Positions 1 to 7,622 are shown, counted from the first letter of the stretch. The stretch: DNA of 17,874 nucleotides from Candidatus Fermentibacteraceae bacterium (GCA_041686025.1 JAWLEP010000048.1:1-17874); one strand, 5' to 3'. Numbers and translations are program-made. The notes: generated from the letters alone by a model not told the origin.

Positions 1-4
1 GCGG

Positions 5-48
5 AACGAAGAAGGGGAGGCGGCGGTGCCGCCTCCCCCATTTTCGTT
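5..48. terminator. Rho-independent terminator, probably bidirectional, closing the minus-strand operon
   Basis: Perfect 11-bp GC stem GGGGAGGCGGC (14-24) / GCCGCCTCCCC (28-38) with a 3-nt loop. T-rich tails on both strands (minus: TTCTTCGTT; plus: CATTTTCGTT). The stem lies about 20 nt downstream of the stop codon at 60-62. Confidence 0.85.
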
Positions 49-59
49 GCAGGCGCCGG

Positions 60-1151
60 TCAGTCCAGGACCACCACGGCGCGGAAGGCGGGGCCGGGGA
101 GGTCCTCCGGCGGGCCTCCGGAGAGGCCGCGGGGCTCGGCGCCGGGCTCCAGCACCATGCTGCCGCCGCGGCGGGCGGGAAGGTCTGCAAAGAGGGCGAA
201 CTGCTCCGGGTCCAGCATCGGCCCCTCCATGTGGGCGCCGGTCTCGTTCAGCACGATGGTCCGTCCCCTCTGGAAGTAGTTGAGGTCGGAGGCGAGGTAC
301 ATCACGGCCCGGCCGGCCTCCGAGCTGTCGCGGAGGATGACCATCCGCTCCACGGCGGTCATCCCCTCCGGGGCGGTCTCGGCCAGCACGTAGGTGCCCG
401 GCCGAAGTCCCTCCCGCCGGGGGACCCTCTCGGCGTCCAGGTGCTTTCCAAGCTCCGGCGGCGTCTCGCCGCCGCCCACCAGCAACACGTCGCTGCCGCG
501 ACCCAGCAGGGGCTCGGAGCCCCCCAGGCCCACGGCCTCCCGCCAGGGAAGCAGCAGCAGGGCCGCGGCCAGGGCGGCCGCCAGCAGAAGCAGCAGGAGT
601 GCGGCGAGAAGGCGCTTTCCCCCGGACCTTTCGGCGCGCCTTGCGGGGGCGGGCTGGCCCAGGCGGATGACGGCCGCGGGGGCTTCCGCCCCCAGGCCGT
701 CACCCTTGACCAGGCCGTCCAGCAGGGCGGCGGGAAGCAGGGACGCCGGCACCTGCGGGTCTGCCCCGAGGCCCTGCGTTGAGCAGACCAGAAAGTCGCC
801 CCTCGAGAGAATGGCCTGGCCGGTGGAGTAGGAGGTCCTGTCCGCGGGGTCCAGGAGGTCCCTGGACTCGCCCTCTCTCAGCCGGCGGCAGACGGCTCCC
901 CCGGCCCCGAAGAGCACCAGCTCGGTCCCCTCCAGCACTCCCAGCAGCAGCGGGGTCTCCGCGGAGATGAAACCCGCCTGGCGGGCGGCCCCGGCCAGGG
1001 ACTCCGGATCGGGGTCCCTCACCTCCTCCAGGAGGTCCAGCAGGGGGCCCGCACGGCCGGGAGCGCCGGTGAGGGCGAAGACGGTGCGGCTTCCCGACTG
1101 CTGCCAGGCGGCGTCGCCGCCGCCTCGGCGCACCGCTCCCAGGGTCTTCAT
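60..1151 (-). CDS. Membrane protein: degenerate PP2C/PPM-phosphatase-like N-terminal domain, single TM helix, extracytoplasmic domain of unknown function (363 aa)
   Basis: Start placed at ATG 1151 (MKTLGAVRR) because the upstream part of the ORF overlaps the neighbouring lipoprotein gene; no clear SD. Segments VFALTG, LVLFGAGGAVCRRLREG, LSRGDFLVCSTQGL and AAVIRL follow PP2C motif order. Hydrophobic TM stretch KRLLAALLLLLLAAALAAALLLLPW. Confidence 0.6.
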   Translation of the reverse strand: MKTLGAVRRGGGDAAWQQSGSRTVFALTGAPGRAGPLLDLLEEVRDPDPESLAGAARQAGFISAETPLLLGVLEGTELVLFGAGGAVCRRLREGESRDLLDPADRTSYSTGQAILSRGDFLVCSTQGLGADPQVPASLLPAALLDGLVKGDGLGAEAPAAVIRLGQPAPARRAERSGGKRLLAALLLLLLAAALAAALLLLPWREAVGLGGSEPLLGRGSDVLLVGGGETPPELGKHLDAERVPRREGLRPGTYVLAETAPEGMTAVERMVILRDSSEAGRAVMYLASDLNYFQRGRTIVLNETGAHMEGPMLDPEQFALFADLPARRGGSMVLEPGAEPRGLSGGPPEDLPGPAFRAVVVLD

Positions 1152-1173
1152 CGAGTGGGTCAAACCGGCCGGT

Positions 1174-1734
1174 CTACCTGCCCGAGGAGCCGCCGGAGGT
1201 TCCGTCGCCCGAGTCACGCGGGTCACCTCGGCCTCCGGTACGGCTCCCGGAGGTGCGGCTTCCGGAGGAGCTCGAGCTGGAGCTGTTTCGCAGATTCCAG
1301 ACCTGCGACTCCAGCGACTCCACCCTCTCTCCCAGGGAGTCGGCCACCAGGGCCAGCTCCTCCGAATGGGCCACGATGGAATCCAGGCTGGCGCTGAGCG
1401 AATCCATGCCGGCCCTGAGCACATACAGGCTCTCCGCCTGGGCCGTGGCGTTCTCTACCAGCGAATCCAGGTCGGGCAGCTGCAGGCTGTCCATGCCTCC
1501 GGCGGACACCGAAAGCGAGCTTCCGGCATCCAGCCTGAGCTCCTGCACCTGCTCCTCCAGCTCGCTGAGTCGCAGGGTCACGCTCTCCGAGGCCACGTCC
1601 AGGGCCTCGCCGGTGACCTCCTCGAGGTCCTCCACCCTCTCGTTGACCTGGTCTATGCGCTGGTTGGCCTCGTCCATTCCGGGAACGCTGCAGGCCAGCA
1701 GCCCCAGCGTCATGGCGAATGCTATCGGTCTCAA
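1174..1734 (-). CDS. Hypothetical coiled-coil lipoprotein with Ser/Gly-rich disordered tail (186 aa)
   Basis: TTG start overlaps the amrA stop (TTGA), with GGAGG upstream. Signal peptide MRPIAFAMTLGLLA-C carries a lipobox. Heptad-like acidic helices follow, and the C-terminus contains SSSSSSSGSRTSGSRTGG. Confidence 0.75.
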   Translation of the reverse strand: MRPIAFAMTLGLLACSVPGMDEANQRIDQVNERVEDLEEVTGEALDVASESVTLRLSELEEQVQELRLDAGSSLSVSAGGMDSLQLPDLDSLVENATAQAESLYVLRAGMDSLSASLDSIVAHSEELALVADSLGERVESLESQVWNLRNSSSSSSSGSRTSGSRTGGRGDPRDSGDGTSGGSSGR

Positions 1735-2297
1735 GTGGCTTCCCCTCCGTTGTCGCCGAAGACCTCGGCGGTGTAGGTGTAGACGGTGGTCTCTGATCTC
1801 TTCCAGCAGTCGGGGGACAGGCCGGCCTTCAGGCAGGTGTGGGATAGGAAGGTCTCCCTGTCCCACCCCTCCTCCTCGGCCACCTGCGGCAGCAGCGTGC
1901 CGGCGAAGGGGCCGGAGCGGATGTATATGCCGTGCTCGCCGGGGACCACGTCCTCCGGGTCGGTCTCCTCCATTGGCGACAGCAGCGACACCTGGATGGA
2001 GAGGTCGTCCACCTCCGCCGGGCGCACCGGCCGGAACCTGGGGTCCCGCACCGCAGCGGCCCTGGCCATGGAGACCAGCGTCTCCCCCAGGCTGCCCTCT
2101 CCGGTGAAGTGCCCGATGCAGCCCCGCAGCCTTCCGTCTCCTGTCTTGAGGGTGACGAATGCTCCACCCTGCCTCTGCAGCTCCGTGATGTCCGGGGGGT
2201 CGGGAAGGGGATGGCCCGAGGCGGCGGCCCTCACCGCCCTGCGAACCAGCTCCAGTATCTGCCTGCGGCCCTCCGGCGGAGTTGTGCTCCCGGCCAT
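1731..2297 (-). CDS. amrA: AmmeMemoRadiSam system protein A (AMMECR1 domain)
   Basis: Motifs GAFVTLK...LRGCIG, AAVRDPRF, LLPQVA, W...FL...CLKAGL. Confidence 0.95.
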   Translation of the reverse strand: MAGSTTPPEGRRQILELVRRAVRAAASGHPLPDPPDITELQRQGGAFVTLKTGDGRLRGCIGHFTGEGSLGETLVSMARAAAVRDPRFRPVRPAEVDDLSIQVSLLSPMEETDPEDVVPGEHGIYIRSGPFAGTLLPQVAEEEGWDRETFLSHTCLKAGLSPDCWKRSETTVYTYTAEVFGDNGGEAT

Positions 2298-2298
2298 G

Positions 2299-3111
2299 TC
2301 ATTCCACCTCCGTCAGGGCGCCGGCGAAGTAGCCCACCACCGCCGAGCGGTCCCCCGAAGCGGTGGCGGAGGTGTCGTAGGCCAGCTCCCGGGTGCCCGT
2401 GTAGCCCCTGCGCTTCGCCCAGCTCATCAGCGTGAGTATGGGGCCCGCGCCGCAGGCCTCCCCGGAGCCCTCGCGGAGGACGGAGACCAGCCGGTCGGGG
2501 TCGGCGGACAGGAAAGCGTCGGCCACCTGGCGGTCCAGCTTCTTCGCGTGGTCCTCCGGGTGGTAGTGGGACATGTCGCTGGAGGCCACCAGCAGCGTCT
2601 TCACGCCGTCGTCGAGCAGGCCGGCCAGCGACTCGGCCAGCCGGTCGGAGTGCTCCCGGGAGACCTCGCCCTGTATGATCACTACCAGCTTCGCGTCCGG
2701 CCACCGCACCTGCACGAAGGGGACCTGGACCTCGGTGGAGTGCTCCGAGGAATGTGCCCGGGGCTCGAAGGAGAAACCGGAGTCCAGCAGGGCGCTCACC
2801 GTCTCCCGGTCGATGTCGGCCACTCCCAGCGGGGTGCGGAAGCCCTCGGCGTCCAGGACGGAGCTGCCGTAGACGGGATACCGGTGGGAGGGGGCGATCA
2901 GGACCACCCGCTCCACGCCGTCGGGGGCCGCCGCGAAGGCGGCGCCGGCTACCGGGCCGGAGTAGACGTAGCCCGCGTGGGGGCTCACGATCCCCCGCAC
3001 GCTGCCATCGGGGTCCTCCCCCGACTTCTCGATGTACCCGGCCACCGTCCGGCGGAGCTCGCCGGCGTCGTCGGGGTAGAACATGCCCGCTACGACGGGT
3101 TCTCTTATCAT
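2299..3111 (-). CDS. amrB: AmmeMemoRadiSam system protein B (MEMO1 family)
   Basis: Motifs REPVVAGMFYP, PHAGYVYSG, PSH, EHSTEVQVPF, SSDMSHY, ACG, VVGY. ATGA overlap with the dapB stop. Confidence 0.95.
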   Translation of the reverse strand: MIREPVVAGMFYPDDAGELRRTVAGYIEKSGEDPDGSVRGIVSPHAGYVYSGPVAGAAFAAAPDGVERVVLIAPSHRYPVYGSSVLDAEGFRTPLGVADIDRETVSALLDSGFSFEPRAHSSEHSTEVQVPFVQVRWPDAKLVVIIQGEVSREHSDRLAESLAGLLDDGVKTLLVASSDMSHYHPEDHAKKLDRQVADAFLSADPDRLVSVLREGSGEACGAGPILTLMSWAKRRGYTGTRELAYDTSATASGDRSAVVGYFAGALTEVE

Positions 3112-3875
3112 GGTGCCTCCCCTCCCGTGGGTGAAGAAGCCATAAGCTCTCTCATTCCGTACAGCCCCGGGGGACTGCCTGCCACCATCTCCGCCGCCGC
3201 CAGCGCTCCCAGGGCGAAGGTCCTGCGGCCGACGGCCCGGTGGGAGAGCTCCAGCACCTCCCCATCGCAGAGAAGCATCACGCGGTGGTCTCCGGGAACG
3301 TCTCCGCCCCGGACCGAGTGCACGCCCACCTCGCCCCGCGGCCGCGGTCCGGCGGCGCCGTGCCTGCCGAAGACCCGGCCGTCCTCACCGGCGGTGCGGC
3401 TCCAGGCGTCCAGGAGGGTGAGGGCCGTGCCGCTGGGGGAGTCCACCTTGCGGCGGTGGTGGGTCTCCACCAGCTCCAGGTCCGCAGACCCTCCCAGCAT
3501 GGCCCCGGCGCTCTCCAGCAGCCTGCCCAGAACGTATATGCCGCGGCTCATGTTGAAGGACTGGAACACGGCCCTCTCCCGCGACCAGCGGCGGACCATG
3601 TCCATGTGCAGCTCCTCCAGGCCGGTGGTGCCGGTTACCAGGGCGGCTGTGCTTCCCGCCAGCAGCCGGGCAAGATCGTTCCAGGCCTGCGGCAGCGAGA
3701 AGTCCACCACCACGTCCGTGCCCTCGGCAAGCGCGTCTCCGGGAGGCGTGCCGGGGGGGCGGCTGTCGTAGAGGGCGGTTATGCGAAAGCGGCCCTCCGC
3801 CTCCTCTGCCACCAGGCGGCCCATGCGGCCGCTGCTTCCGAAGACGGCCAGGCCCGGCAGGCCACCCCGGGTCAC
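3108..3875 (-). CDS. dapB: 4-hydroxy-tetrahydrodipicolinate reductase
   Basis: GSSGRMG Rossmann motif, VVDFS, VTGTTG, catalytic ETHHRRKVDSPSGTA. GTG start overlaps the dapA stop (GTGA); the longer ORF in the track is an in-frame upstream extension inside dapA. Confidence 0.95.
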   Translation of the reverse strand: MTRGGLPGLAVFGSSGRMGRLVAEEAEGRFRITALYDSRPPGTPPGDALAEGTDVVVDFSLPQAWNDLARLLAGSTAALVTGTTGLEELHMDMVRRWSRERAVFQSFNMSRGIYVLGRLLESAGAMLGGSADLELVETHHRRKVDSPSGTALTLLDAWSRTAGEDGRVFGRHGAAGPRPRGEVGVHSVRGGDVPGDHRVMLLCDGEVLELSHRAVGRRTFALGALAAAEMVAGSPPGLYGMRELMASSPTGGEAP

Positions 3876-4744
3876 AGCAGGCCGGCCTCCGAAAGCACCC
3901 CGCGGAGCTCGCCCTCCAGGTCCTGCCGCATGGGCACCAGCGGCAGTCGGAGCTCGTCGGCGATCATGCCCTTCATCCAAAGGGCCTTCTTCACCGGCAT
4001 GGGGTTGGTCTGCAGGAACATGGCCCGTATGGCCGGCAGCAGCCTGGCCTGCAGCCTCCGGGCGGCCTCCAGCTCGCCGCCGCGGGCCAGCTTCACCATC
4101 CGCGACATCTCGCCGGGGGCGATGTTGGAGATCACCGAGACCACACCTTCCGCCCCCAGTGCCGCCTGGGCCATGGCCAGCGGGTCGTCGCCGGAGAGTA
4201 TGTCGAAGCCCTCCCCGCAGAGCGTGCGCAGCTCGGTAACCCGCTCCACCGAGCCCTGGGCGTCCTTTATGCCGGCTATGTTGGGATGCTGCGCCAGCTC
4301 GGCCACCGTCCGGGCCTCTATGGCCTTTCCGGTCCTGCCGGGGACGTTGTAGAGGTAGACGGGGCACTCCGAGGCGTCCGCCGCCTGCCGGAAGTGCTCC
4401 ACCTGTCCCCGATGAGTGGGCTTGTTGTAGTAGGGCGTAATAAGCAGCACGGCGTCCAGGCCCATCCCGGAGATCTTCCGGGTGAGCTCCACCGTGGTGG
4501 CCGTGGAGTTGGTGCCGGTGCCGGCCATGACCGGCACCCGGCCGGCGGCGGCGTCCATCACCGTTGAGACCACGTCCTCGCGCTCGCCGTCGGTAAGCGT
4601 GGCGGCCTCTCCGGTGCATCCGCAGGCCAGCAGGCCGTCTATGCCGCTGTCTATCTGCCAGCCGACCAGCTTCTCCAGGGCGGGGAGGTCCACCTCCCCG
4701 CCCCGGAAGGGCGTCACCAGCGCAGTAATGGCTCCGCTAAGCAT
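3872..4744 (-). CDS. dapA: 4-hydroxy-tetrahydrodipicolinate synthase
   Basis: ALVTPF, GCTGE, PYYNKP, YNVPGRT, Schiff-base GIKDA, SGDD, TNPMPVK. Adjacent to dapB. Confidence 0.95.
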   Translation of the reverse strand: MLSGAITALVTPFRGGEVDLPALEKLVGWQIDSGIDGLLACGCTGEAATLTDGEREDVVSTVMDAAAGRVPVMAGTGTNSTATTVELTRKISGMGLDAVLLITPYYNKPTHRGQVEHFRQAADASECPVYLYNVPGRTGKAIEARTVAELAQHPNIAGIKDAQGSVERVTELRTLCGEGFDILSGDDPLAMAQAALGAEGVVSVISNIAPGEMSRMVKLARGGELEAARRLQARLLPAIRAMFLQTNPMPVKKALWMKGMIADELRLPLVPMRQDLEGELRGVLSEAGLL

Positions 4745-4747
4745 CCT

Positions 4748-5503
4748 CTAGCCGTTCCCCCCTCCCTGCGTGAGCTGGTTGAGGAAGGGCTTCAGCATCT
4801 CCAGGGGGATGGGGAACACGGTGGTGGAGTTGTTCTCCACCGCGATCTCCGAGAGGGTCTGCAGGTAGCGGAGCTGGAGGGCCACCGGATGCCGCGATAT
4901 CACGTCCGCAGCCTCGGCAAGCTTCTGGGAGGCCTCGAACTCGGCTTCGGCCCGGATGATCTTGCCGCGGCGGTCGCGCTCGGCCTCCGCCTGGCGGGCC
5001 ATCACCCGCTGCATGTTCTCGGGGAGGTCAACGTGCTTCACCTCGACGGTGCTCACCTTGATGCCCCAGGGGTCGGTCATGCGGTCCAGTATGTCCTGCA
5101 GCTTGTTGTTTACGTCCTCGCGGTCGGAGAGCAGCTCGTCCAGCGAGGTCTCTCCCAGGACGCTGCGCAGGGTGGTCTGGGCCAGCTGGCTGGTGGCGTA
5201 GTGGTAGTTCTCCACCTCGATGATGGACTTCTCGGCGTCGATCACCCGGAAGTACACCACGGCGTTGACGCTCACCGATACGTTGTCCCGGGTGATGATG
5301 TCCTGCGGCGGCACGTCCATTGCAACCACCCGCAGAGGCACCTTCTGTATCTTGTCCACGATGGGCAGGACCACGATCAGTCCGGGGCCCTTTATTCCAA
5401 TGAACTTGCCCAGCCGGAACACCACGGCCCTCTCGTACTCCTTGATCACCCTCAGCACAATAACCATCAGGAAGACTGCAGCAATGACTATGCCCCAGAC
5501 CAT
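4748..5503 (-). CDS. SPFH/band 7 stomatin-like (slipin) protein
   Basis: N-terminal [61 protein letters not shown]. Start at 5503 is preferred (AGGAAAGGA upstream); the alternative is 5530. Confidence 0.95.
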   Translation of the reverse strand: MVWGIVIAAVFLMVIVLRVIKEYERAVVFRLGKFIGIKGPGLIVVLPIVDKIQKVPLRVVAMDVPPQDIITRDNVSVSVNAVVYFRVIDAEKSIIEVENYHYATSQLAQTTLRSVLGETSLDELLSDREDVNNKLQDILDRMTDPWGIKVSTVEVKHVDLPENMQRVMARQAEAERDRRGKIIRAEAEFEASQKLAEAADVISRHPVALQLRYLQTLSEIAVENNSTTVFPIPLEMLKPFLNQLTQGGGNG

Positions 5504-5545
5504 ACGGAATCCTTTCCTTCCGGCCGCCATGCAGGCGGCGTTGCC

Positions 5546-5587
5546 AAAGAAAAACCCGGCCCACCCTGATTGTAAGGGATGAACCGG
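5546..5587 (-). terminator. Putative intrinsic terminator downstream of nfeD
   Basis: Minus strand reads CCGGTTCATCCCT-tacaatc-AGGGTGGGCCGG, a 12-bp stem with two G:U pairs and one bulge, followed by GTTTTTCTTT. Confidence 0.5.
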
Positions 5588-5597
5588 ACCCGCTCAA
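5569..5597 (-). promoter_or_regulatory. Putative sigma70 promoter for the SPFH-dapA-dapB-amrBA segment
   Basis: Minus strand TTGAGC (5597-5592), 17-nt spacer, TACAAT (5574-5569), in the largest intergenic gap of the operon. Confidence 0.6.
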
Positions 5598-5627
5598 CCT
5601 CTTGCGTCCATGTCCGTACGGGAGCGG

Positions 5628-5948
5628 TCAGACCGGTTCCACCTCCAGGACCATGTCATCCTTCACCGCGGTGACCCGGACCTCCATGCCGGGCCTGAGG
5701 TCTGCGGCGCTCTCGCACCACCATCTCTCTCCCCGGACCTCCACGGAGTAGCGTCCCCTGTGCCGGGGGCCGGTCTTAACCAGGCCGGTCTCCCCCACCA
5801 TCTTCTCCACCCCGCTGGACTTGGGGCGCCTCTGGGCGATGAGGCCCACGTAGAGGATGCCCAGGGCCACCAGGAGAAGGAAGATGAAGAGGGGCCCGCC
5901 CAGGAGGGTCCAGGCGGCCACCACCAGCTCCTCCCAGATGTAGCTCAT
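5628..5948 (-). CDS. nfeD: Short NfeD-family protein (TM + OB-fold), partner of the SPFH protein
   Basis: Hydrophobic N-terminus, then SGVEKMVGETGLV, VEVRGERWWCES, PGMEVRV, VLEVEPV. ATGA overlap with the pilT stop and GGAGG SD. Lies directly upstream of the SPFH gene. Confidence 0.88.
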   Translation of the reverse strand: MSYIWEELVVAAWTLLGGPLFIFLLLVALGILYVGLIAQRRPKSSGVEKMVGETGLVKTGPRHRGRYSVEVRGERWWCESAADLRPGMEVRVTAVKDDMVLEVEPV

Positions 5949-7045
5949 CTCTCCCTCCATTCGGAAGTTGACTGAACGCCTTCGAGCTTCAGCTGCAGGG
6001 CGTTGGGGTTGGTGGCGGCAGCCAGAGCGGTCTCAGTATCTATCTTGTTCTCTTGCAGCAATTTGATCAGAGCCATGTCGAAAGTCTGCATTCCGTACTG
6101 GCCCCCGCTCTGCTCCATGGCGTCGTGGATCTGATGGGTCTTGGCCGGGTCGGATATGCAGCTCTGTATGAAGGCGGTATGCACCATCACCTCCGCCGCC
6201 AGTACCCGCTCGTCACCGCCGACCCCTGGAAGCAGCCTCTGGCTTATCACGGCCTTCAGCAGGCCGCCCACCTGTATCCGAACCTGGTTCTGCTGGTCGG
6301 CGCGGAACATGTCAATGAGCCTGTTCACCGTCTCCGGGGCGTCGGTGGTGTGCAGGGTGCTCAGGACCAGGTGGCCGGTCTCGGCCCCTGTGATGGCCAC
6401 CGAGGCGGTCTCCCGGTCGCGCATCTCGCCTATGAGTATCACGTCGGGGTCCTGCCTGAAGACCGACCGGAGGGCGCTGCGCCAGTCGGGGGTGTCGATT
6501 CCCACCTCCCGCTGGCATATGCTGGACCTGTGGTCACGGTGTATGAACTCGATGGGGTCCTCTATGGTGACGATGTGGGCGCTGCGGCTTTTGTTGATCC
6601 GGTCGATTATTGCTGCCAGGGTGGTGGACTTGCCGCTGCCGGTGGCCCCGGTCACCAGCACCAGTCCCCTCTGCTGCCGGGCGATCTTCTCCACCACGGG
6701 GGGAAGCCCCAGGTCCTCTATCTGGGGGATCTCATAAGGGATTCGCCGCATCACTATGGCCGTGGTGCCCCGCTGGTGGTAGATGTTGACCCGGAACCTG
6801 GCCTTGCCAGGGAGGGAGTGGGAGATGTCTATCTCCTCCCCCGCCTCGTAACGGGGGAGCTGCTTGTCCGGCATCATCTCCCGGGCTATCCTGTCCACGT
6901 GCTGCTGGGTAAGGTCTCCGTAGGTCTTGGCGTGCTCGATGCTGCCCGAGCGCCTTACTATGGGCGGGCTTCCCACCTTGAAGTGAATGTCGCTTACCTC
7001 CTCCTCCAGCAGGAGGGAGAGGATCTTGTCAACGCCCTGCGCCAT
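5945..7045 (-). CDS. pilT: PilT/PilU-family type IV pilus retraction ATPase
   Basis: SDIH, FRVNIY, Walker A GATGSGKSTT, TIEDPIEF, QREVG, QDPDVILIGEMRD, His box AETGHLVLSTLHT, GMQTFD. Confidence 0.9.
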   Translation of the reverse strand: MAQGVDKILSLLLEEEVSDIHFKVGSPPIVRRSGSIEHAKTYGDLTQQHVDRIAREMMPDKQLPRYEAGEEIDISHSLPGKARFRVNIYHQRGTTAIVMRRIPYEIPQIEDLGLPPVVEKIARQQRGLVLVTGATGSGKSTTLAAIIDRINKSRSAHIVTIEDPIEFIHRDHRSSICQREVGIDTPDWRSALRSVFRQDPDVILIGEMRDRETASVAITGAETGHLVLSTLHTTDAPETVNRLIDMFRADQQNQVRIQVGGLLKAVISQRLLPGVGGDERVLAAEVMVHTAFIQSCISDPAKTHQIHDAMEQSGGQYGMQTFDMALIKLLQENKIDTETALAAATNPNALQLKLEGVQSTSEWRER

Positions 7046-7622
7046 AGAGTCCCCGTTCGCTGATGTACCGCCTCACAGCCTCGGTTGTAAGATAGGCGGT
7101 GGGCCGTCCCCGGGCAAACCGCTCCCGCAGGTCCGAGGAGGAGATCCAGAGGCCGGGAAACGGGAACACCTCCACCCTTCCACGGGCAAGTTCGGGTACG
7201 CTCTCAGACTGGAAGCCGGGCCTGGTCCCCGCCACCACGCTGGCCAGCCGCAGAAGCCTCTCGGGGGTCTTCCAGCTCTCCAGGTCCAGCAGGCTGTCCA
7301 TGCCCACGATGAACCAGACCCGCTGCGGGGGAAGCCCCAGGGCCTGCAGGAGGTCGGCGCTGTAGGAGGCGCCGGTCTCCCCCTCCAGGTCACGCACGTG
7401 AAGAAGGCGGCTTGTGGAGGTGGCCAGGCGCAGCATCTCCATCCTGGCGGCCAGGCCGGCCTCCGGGGCCTTCTTGTGAGGCGGCGTGCGGGAGGGGTAG
7501 AGGACCACGCTGTCCAGGCCGAACCTGTAGGCCGCCTCGGAAGCCAGTGCCAGGTGGCCGTAATGGGGAGGATCGAAGGTGCCGCCGAGCAGGCCGATGC
7601 GGCCATCCCCGGGGAGGCTCAT
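7029..7622 (-). CDS. nadD: Nicotinate-nucleotide adenylyltransferase
   Basis: GGTFDPPHYGH (HxGH), PPHK, FIVGMDSL, ISSSDLR. ATG at 7622 overlaps the bamD stop (ATGA). Confidence 0.93.
   Translation of the reverse strand: MSLPGDGRIGLLGGTFDPPHYGHLALASEAAYRFGLDSVVLYPSRTPPHKKAPEAGLAARMEMLRLATSTSRLLHVRDLEGETGASYSADLLQALGLPPQRVWFIVGMDSLLDLESWKTPERLLRLASVVAGTRPGFQSESVPELARGRVEVFPFPGLWISSSDLRERFARGRPTAYLTTEAVRRYISERGLYGAGR

Noticed and set aside
1262..1290. Short AGC/TCC-type repeats
   Set aside because: They simply encode the poly-Ser tail using mixed codons; this is not a CRISPR array or a contingency repeat.
1786..3771. 661-aa plus-strand ORF and other long plus-strand ORFs (e.g. 3240-4352, 6053-7063, 7412-8479, 8349-9419, 10374-11450, 12950-14221, 16337-17251)
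   Set aside because: They are antisense shadows of well-supported minus-strand genes. High-GC codon bias suppresses stop codons, and the translations have no recognisable motifs.
3876..4619. Apparent long N-terminal extension of DapB (also those of LolA 11941-12585, the radical SAM 17057-17239, aroK 15363-15545 and the 60-1424 ORF)
   Set aside because: These are in-frame open stretches lying inside the upstream gene or the intergenic region. Better starts exist at coupled GTGA/TTGA/ATGA junctions or SD sites, so they are not fusions or frameshifts.
5504..5627. Lysine riboswitch upstream of the dapA-containing unit
   Set aside because: The gap is only ~124 nt and lacks recognisable L-box features; the promoter and terminator explain it better.
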